From Sphingomonadaceae bacterium (GTDB taxonomy: Bacteria > Chloroflexota > UBA6077): a stretch of DNA of 64,000 bases. Of the stretch, positions 58,830 to 64,000 are shown piece by piece; position 1 is the stretch's first letter; every line of letters starts with the position of its first letter. The position numbers were made by a program, and so were the translations under genes. Location of the stretch: contig JBLNDL010000050.1 of assembly GCA_050261575.1 (NCBI GenBank), forward strand, positions 1 through 64,000, written 5' to 3'. The notes under the pieces were generated by a model. That model saw only the letters and a list, made by a program, of their open reading frames with translations, did not search any database and was not told the origin of the DNA.

Positions 58830-60464
58830 ATGGAGCTTCAGGCCAAAGCCGCTCGCCACCCACTGGCCGTCACGTGCCAGTGGGTTCCGGTACTCTCCAC
58901 TTCCACGCTGCTCCAGACGGTGCTGCTGGCGGTGGTCTTTCTCCTCAACTTCTTTCCGGATACCGATCCCGACCTCTGGTGGCACATGGCCACGGGGCGC
59001 TACATCGTCGAGACGGGGAGCGTCCCCACCAGCGACCCCTTCTCCTACACTGCGACCGGCAAGCCGTGGGTGGCACACGAATGGCTGGCCGAGGCCATCA
59101 TCTACCTGATCTACCGCTCCGGCGGCTACCTGCCGCTGGTGCTGCTCTTCGGGGCGATGACCACCCTGGCCTTCGGGTTCACCCTTCGCACCCTGAGGCT
59201 GCTGGGCCTGCGGCCGGTGGCCGCCACCTGCGTAACCCTGTGGGTGGCCCTGATGTCCCTCTTTTCCTGGGACGTCCGCCCCCAGATCTTCTCCTACCTG
59301 CTTTTCGCCGTCTACCTCTACCTCCTGCTGCGGAGCCGGCAGCACGCCGAGCCGCGGCTCTGGCTCCTGCCGATGCTCATGGCGCTGTGGGTAAACCTGC
59401 ACGGGGGCTACGTGATGGGGCTGCTGCTGATGGCCGCTTTCCTCGCGGGAGAGGGGATCAACCGGTGGAAGCCGCCGGCAGCCGGGGCTGGAGACTCGGG
59501 GCTCGACCAAGCTGCCTATGGGGAGGCGGGGTCGTCCCCAAGCCCGCATGCGTTAGGGACGACGCCGGCTTCTCGGTGCCTCGACCCCCACTCCTCGGTC
59601 CTCGCCGCTCAGGCCCCGTCGTTGAGGACGTACCTGGCAGTCTTCGCGGCGACTGTCGCCGCCACCGTCGTCAATCCACAGGGGCCGGCCATTCTGCTCT
59701 ACCCCTTCACCTACGCCGGAACCGCGAACGCCTCCATGCGCTTCATCACGGAGTGGCAGTCGCCCGACTTCCATTACTACTATTTCTTTATCTTCGCCAG
59801 CAGCCTGATGGCGCTGATGGTTGCGCCCGCCCGCGGCCGTGCCGACTGGGCGCTGGCCATCCCTCTCCTGCTGCTCACCGCGATGTCGCTCCAGTCGGTG
59901 CGCGTGATCCCCTTCTACGGCATCGGAGCCGCGCCATTCCTGGGCCTCCGCCTCGCTCCGCACGGGGGCCGGAGCCCGGCCACCACCCCGCCGACGACAC
60001 CCACCCCCAGGCGGGTTCGGGCCACACGCTGGAACTGGCTGGTACTGCTCCTCTGCCTGGCCACCATGGGCTCGACCCTTTTCCTGTCCGATCGCACCCA
60101 GTGGGGCCCGGAGCCGCGCACCTCGAGCTACCCGGCGGAAGGCGTCAGATACATACGCGAATCGGGCCTGCGGGGGAATCTGTTCAACACCTTCCACTGG
60201 GGCGGGTTCCTGATCTGGAGCTTCTACCCCGAACGCCGGGTCTTCGTCGACGGTCGGCCCGACATGTACGGCGACCAGTTCATGGAGGAGTACCAATTGC
60301 TCCAGGATGTGCGCCCCGGCTGGAGGGAGCTATTGGACAAGCATCGAGTGGAGGTGGCCCTCGTCGAGAAAGACGGCCGGACAGCCACCCTGCTCCTGGC
60401 GAGCGGCGAGTGGCGGGAGCTGTTCAGAGGCGAGATCGAGAGTGTCCTCGTGAGGCAGCAGTAG
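58830..60464 (+). CDS. Polytopic membrane protein, GT-C glycosyltransferase-like
   Basis: DPDLWWHMATG in the first external loop, DPFSY, HEWL, RPQ, WVNLHGG, FVDGRPDMY. Confidence 0.7.
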   Translation: MELQAKAARHPLAVTCQWVPVLSTSTLLQTVLLAVVFLLNFFPDTDPDLWWHMATGRYIVETGSVPTSDPFSYTATGKPWVAHEWLAEAIIYLIYRSGGYLPLVLLFGAMTTLAFGFTLRTLRLLGLRPVAATCVTLWVALMSLFSWDVRPQIFSYLLFAVYLYLLLRSRQHAEPRLWLLPMLMALWVNLHGGYVMGLLLMAAFLAGEGINRWKPPAAGAGDSGLDQAAYGEAGSSPSPHALGTTPASRCLDPHSSVLAAQAPSLRTYLAVFAATVAATVVNPQGPAILLYPFTYAGTANASMRFITEWQSPDFHYYYFFIFASSLMALMVAPARGRADWALAIPLLLLTAMSLQSVRVIPFYGIGAAPFLGLRLAPHGGRSPATTPPTTPTPRRVRATRWNWLVLLLCLATMGSTLFLSDRTQWGPEPRTSSYPAEGVRYIRESGLRGNLFNTFHWGGFLIWSFYPERRVFVDGRPDMYGDQFMEEYQLLQDVRPGWRELLDKHRVEVALVEKDGRTATLLLASGEWRELFRGEIESVLVRQQ

Positions 60465-60759
60465 CCCGCGTGGCAGAGGAAGCGCGGGCCGGCGCGGCGC
60501 GGCTAGCCCGCCAGGTCACCCTACACCTAACCGCCTCAACCATCGCCCGGTCGTCGAAGCGCCATCGAACGAGGGGCAGGCGCCGTGAAGGGCTGGTATG
60601 CGGCGAGCACTTATTGTAGAATCGAGTCAAAGTTCAGCGCCAGGGCCGGGGTCACATGTTCCGGAACTGTGCAGAGTCCGAGACGAAGACATAGAAAGCG
60701 GCAGGCACCTAGGGTGCCTGTCTGTGTCTATGCAGGATTTCGCCACAGGGAGGACTGCG

Positions 60760-61302
60760 ATGCAAGTGGTGGTAAAGGGCAAGAACATGGAGGTCAGCGA
60801 GAAGCTGAGGCGGTTCGTGGAGAACAAGATCCTCAAGCTGGAGCGGGTGCTCCCCGAGATCGCTGAGGCCGAGGTGGAGCTAACCAACGCCAAGACCAAG
60901 AGCGCCGACCACCGGTACGTAGTCCAGGTGACGCTGAAGGCGAACGGGACCCTGATCCGGGGGGAGCAGGCCGCCGACGACAGCTACACCGCCATGGATG
61001 CCGTCCTGGACAAGATCGACAGGCAGATCGCACGCTACAAGACCAAGCGGTTCGGGGCCTACAACAAGGGCGCCACCGAGGCCAAGGTCGCGACAGCCGC
61101 GGTCGATGCGCCCGCCGTCGAGGAGGGCCGGCTCGTTCGAACCAAGCGGTTCGCCATGAAGCCGATGGATGTGGAGGAGGCCCTCATGCAGATGGAGCTG
61201 CTGGGCCACAGCTTCTACGTCTTCAACAACGCCGAATCCGGCCGCGTCAGCGTAGTCTACAAGAGGAAGGACGGCGACTTCGGGCTGATTGAGCCCGAGT
61301 AG
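60760..61302 (+). CDS. raiA: Ribosome hibernation promoting factor (long HPF/RaiA)
   Basis: KGKNMEVSE, QIARYK, KPMDVEEALMQMELLGHSFYVF, YKRKDG. Confidence 0.95.
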   Translation: MQVVVKGKNMEVSEKLRRFVENKILKLERVLPEIAEAEVELTNAKTKSADHRYVVQVTLKANGTLIRGEQAADDSYTAMDAVLDKIDRQIARYKTKRFGAYNKGATEAKVATAAVDAPAVEEGRLVRTKRFAMKPMDVEEALMQMELLGHSFYVFNNAESGRVSVVYKRKDGDFGLIEPE

Positions 61303-61336
61303 CCTTCCCAGATGCTGCATCGCCTCGCGGCACGTG

Positions 61337-61374
61337 GAGGGCCGGGCAGATCGGTCTGCCCGGCCCTCTCTGTT
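61337..61374 (+). terminator. Terminator-like hairpin after raiA
   Basis: gagggccgggcaga-tcgg-tctgcccggccctc then tctgtt. Confidence 0.65.
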
Positions 61375-61564
61375 CCACATCCGGCGCCGCACTCACCAGG
61401 CCCATCGGCTCGGATTCCGGAGCCCACCCGGCAGGACCGGGCGGAAGTCGTCAGAGGCAACTCACCACCAGACCACGCCAACGCGGCGGGGAACGTGGGC
61501 CATCTCCGCATTCCGGTCACTCCGATAGGCAGCCCAACCAGATCCTGCACATTTGTTCACCGTG

Positions 61565-61594
61565 TTGGCCTTTCCTATTTGGGTATGCTATGAT
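61565..61594 (+). promoter_or_regulatory. atp operon promoter
   Basis: TTGGCC-18-TATGAT with extended -10 TG. Confidence 0.55.
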
Positions 61595-61632
61595 TTAGCT
61601 TGTCGGTTGGCCTACTTACTCTAGGAAGACCC

Positions 61633-61866
61633 ATGCGGAACTTGAGAGTATGGCAGGCGGTGGCCGTTGCATCGCAGCTCGGCTTCGTGCTGGCGGCCGC
61701 GGTTGCCATCGGTCTGTTCGCGGGGTGGTATCTTGACTCTATCATGTATACCAGCCCCGTATTCGTTGTTATCGGGGCGCTGATCGGCATGGCCGCCGGG
61801 CTGTACAGTTGCGCCCGCATCGTCCGGGACATGCAGCGGAGCGAAAGCGGTCCCGGCGAGGAGTGA
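61633..61866 (+). CDS. AtpZ/AtpI family protein
   Basis: SQLG...GWYLD...P...G two-TM pattern; first gene of the atp operon. Confidence 0.85.
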   Translation: MRNLRVWQAVAVASQLGFVLAAAVAIGLFAGWYLDSIMYTSPVFVVIGALIGMAAGLYSCARIVRDMQRSESGPGEE

Positions 61867-61891
61867 GTGGACACGGTAGGCAGGTGGTTGA

Positions 61892-62578
61892 ATGGAGAGT
61901 ATCCACGTAGAAGCGACCACGCTATTCTTCATAGGGCCTGTGCCGGTGACCAACACCATCTTTTCGGCCTGGATCACGATGGGCGTGCTGGTGCTGGGCT
62001 CCATCTTGGCGACCCGCCGCATGAGACTGGTGCCTACCGGCTTCCAGAACTTGGTGGAGTACGTCGTCGAGCTACTGCTGGCGCTTTGCGAGTCCACGGC
62101 GGGCAGGCGAGGTCGGCAGTTCCTCCCCTTCGTGGCAACAGCCTTCCTGTTCATCCTCTTCTCCAACTGGATGGGGCTGCTTCCGGGGTACGGAGACACC
62201 CCCTGGCTGCGATCGGCCAACAGCGACCTGAACGTGACCGCCTCCATGGCTATCATCGTCTTCCTACTGGTGCAGGGCTGGGCGCTCAAGGCGCAGGGAC
62301 CGTGGCGCTACCTGAAGGAGTTCGTCTACCCCAACCCGCTGCACATCCTGGGTGAGTTGAGCAGGCCGCTGTCGCTGGCGCTGCGGCTCTTCGGTAACAT
62401 ATTCGCGGGCGAGGTGCTGCTCATCACGATGTCGGCCCTCATCCCGCTGGCCGTACCAACGGTGTTCTTCGGGCTCGAGATCTTCGTAGGCATCGTGCAG
62501 GCGATGATCTTCTCGATGCTCACCCTGGTGTTCTTGACCATCGCGACCTTGCACCACGGGGGCGAGACCCACCACTAG
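61892..62578 (+). CDS. atpB: F0 subunit a
   Basis: PTGFQNLVE, SNWMGLLPG, SLALRLFGNIFAGE, VQAMIF. Confidence 0.96.
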   Translation: MESIHVEATTLFFIGPVPVTNTIFSAWITMGVLVLGSILATRRMRLVPTGFQNLVEYVVELLLALCESTAGRRGRQFLPFVATAFLFILFSNWMGLLPGYGDTPWLRSANSDLNVTASMAIIVFLLVQGWALKAQGPWRYLKEFVYPNPLHILGELSRPLSLALRLFGNIFAGEVLLITMSALIPLAVPTVFFGLEIFVGIVQAMIFSMLTLVFLTIATLHHGGETHH

Positions 62579-62607
62579 TACTGTGTCAACGGGAAGACGG
62601 TACGCCC

Positions 62608-62673
62608 TGTCGTGCCGAGCGAAGCGAAGGATTTCTCCGAGTGAGAGATCCTTCGTTACCGCTCAGGATGACA
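62608..62673. repeat. REP-like palindromic element
   Basis: tgtcgtgccgagcgaagcgaagga...tccttcgttaccgctcaggatgaca. Confidence 0.75.
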
Positions 62674-62735
62674 CCTACCAGGTCCCGTGCGGCAGAGTAC
62701 TAGGAGGGCCTCCTGGATGATAAAGAGTGCGTTAG

Positions 62736-62978
<243 letters not shown>

Positions 62979-62985
62979 CGGCTTT

Positions 62986-63064
62986 AAGTAACGAGTGACG
63001 AGTCATGAGTGATGAGTATCGTGGAAAGGTACTCATGACTCTTCACTCATGACTCATCACTGAT
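62986..63064. repeat. Heptamer GAGTRAY tandem arrays in inverted arrangement
   Basis: gagtgac gagtcat gagtgat ... actcatg actcttc actcatg actcatc; similar array at 63589-63638. Confidence 0.8.
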
Positions 63065-63077
63065 CTATGGAGGACTC

Positions 63078-63587
63078 GTGGAGGCACTGGAGGCGCTTGG
63101 CATCAACCTAACGAGCCTGGCGTTGCACACCTTCAACTTCCTGCTGCTGGTGGCGCTGCTGACCAAGTTCCTCTACCGGCCCGTGACTCGCCTGCTGGAC
63201 GAGCGTTCCGCTCGCATCAAGGAGAGCATGGAGCAGGCGGAGGCGGTCAAGGAGCAGCTCGCTCGCGCCGCGGAGGAGACCAGGCTCCAACTGGAGGCTG
63301 CCCGAAAGGAAGGCCAGGCCATCGTGGACCAGGCGAACCAGATCGCGGAGCGGGTGAAGGCTCAGGCCAGGCAGGAGGCACAGGCCGAGGCCGAGAGGAT
63401 CGTTGCCAAGGCTAGAACGCAACTGGAGTTGGAGCGGGAGCAGGTCATCGTCGAGCTTCGACGCGAGATGGCCGACCTGGTGGTATCCGCCACCGGCAAG
63501 ATCATCGGAGAGTCGCTCGACGATCGAGCTCAGCGCAAGCTGATCGAGGGTTTTCTGCAGGGAAACGGACAGAAGCTGAACGACTAA
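63078..63587 (+). CDS. atpF: F0 subunit b
   Basis: LGIN...NFLLL...KFLYRPV...LDER, coiled coil. Confidence 0.95.
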   Translation: MEALEALGINLTSLALHTFNFLLLVALLTKFLYRPVTRLLDERSARIKESMEQAEAVKEQLARAAEETRLQLEAARKEGQAIVDQANQIAERVKAQARQEAQAEAERIVAKARTQLELEREQVIVELRREMADLVVSATGKIIGESLDDRAQRKLIEGFLQGNGQKLND

Positions 63588-63653
63588 TCGAGTGATGGGT
63601 GATCAGCATGGCTCCTCGACTCACAACTCATCACTCGTTGCCGAGGAGATAGG

Positions 63654-64000
63654 TTGCCCGCAGTAAGATCCGGCATCGCCAAGAGGTACGCAGAGGCGGT
63701 CTTCGAGATCGCCAAGTCCAAGGATAGCTTCGACGAGTGGGCGCGGGACCTCGCGGACATCGCCGAGGCGCAGCGAAACCCGCAGATAGCCACGGTGGTG
63801 GCAGCCCCGACCATCGGCCTCTCCACCAAGGAGGCCGTCATCGCCCGGTGCCTGGCCGACATCAGCCCGGAGGCCAGCAACCTGGTGAAGCTGCTGCTGC
63901 GCAGGGGTCGGTTCGCCCTGGCGCCGCAGATAGCCGCCCACTACCGCAAGCTGGTGAACGACCATCGCGGCATAGCCACGGCGGAGGTGACCTCCGCCGT
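63654..64000 (+). CDS. atpH: F1 subunit delta (truncated by window end)
   Basis: TTG after GAGGAG; IAKRYAEAVFE...NLVKLL...AEVTSA. Confidence 0.92.
   Translation, partial: MPAVRSGIAKRYAEAVFEIAKSKDSFDEWARDLADIAEAQRNPQIATVVAAPTIGLSTKEAVIARCLADISPEASNLVKLLLRRGRFALAPQIAAHYRKLVNDHRGIATAEVTSA

Noticed and set aside
60465..60759. raiA-motif ncRNA upstream of raiA
   Set aside because: I recognised none of the motif's conserved segments; only a simple hairpin near 60695-60728.

Overview
A GC-rich bacterial chromosomal window, probably from a Chloroflexota genome (inferred from gene content, not proven). From left to right: (1) a minus-strand module of a MalT-like LuxR regulator, a small conserved protein, a rifampin-phosphotransferase-like PEP-utilising enzyme and an MFS exporter; (2) a ~12.8 kb island integrated at tRNA-Pro(CGG), bounded by a 74-bp direct repeat and with no integrase, carrying a four-gene restriction-like defence cassette (SNF2 helicase-nuclease, Schlafen/AlbA_2 ATPase, DUF1156 adenine methyltransferase, HEPN-DUF499 ATPase); (3) core genes (secreted metallopeptidase, HAD, xerD, prpD-family, polyprenyl synthase, tatD, rsmI) plus a lone AAA-ATPase/nuclease preceded by a 58-bp palindrome; (4) a TPP riboswitch upstream of an AIR-synthase/HypE-family gene; (5) guaA-purDEBCS, where guaA has no canonical start codon and appears to begin at ACG; (6) hisDCB-MFS; (7) a soluble DegS/DegU-like pair plus a His-less pseudokinase upstream of a Flp/Tad pilus-comF cluster whose three candidate promoters share an exact GTAC-N5-TCCTATTG box; (8) raiA/hpf and the start of the F-type ATP synthase operon. 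Intergenic DNA is rich in REP-like and heptamer repeats, some of which lie in frame within proteins. I found no CRISPR array or rRNA. Product calls rest on recognised motifs only; no database searches were run.
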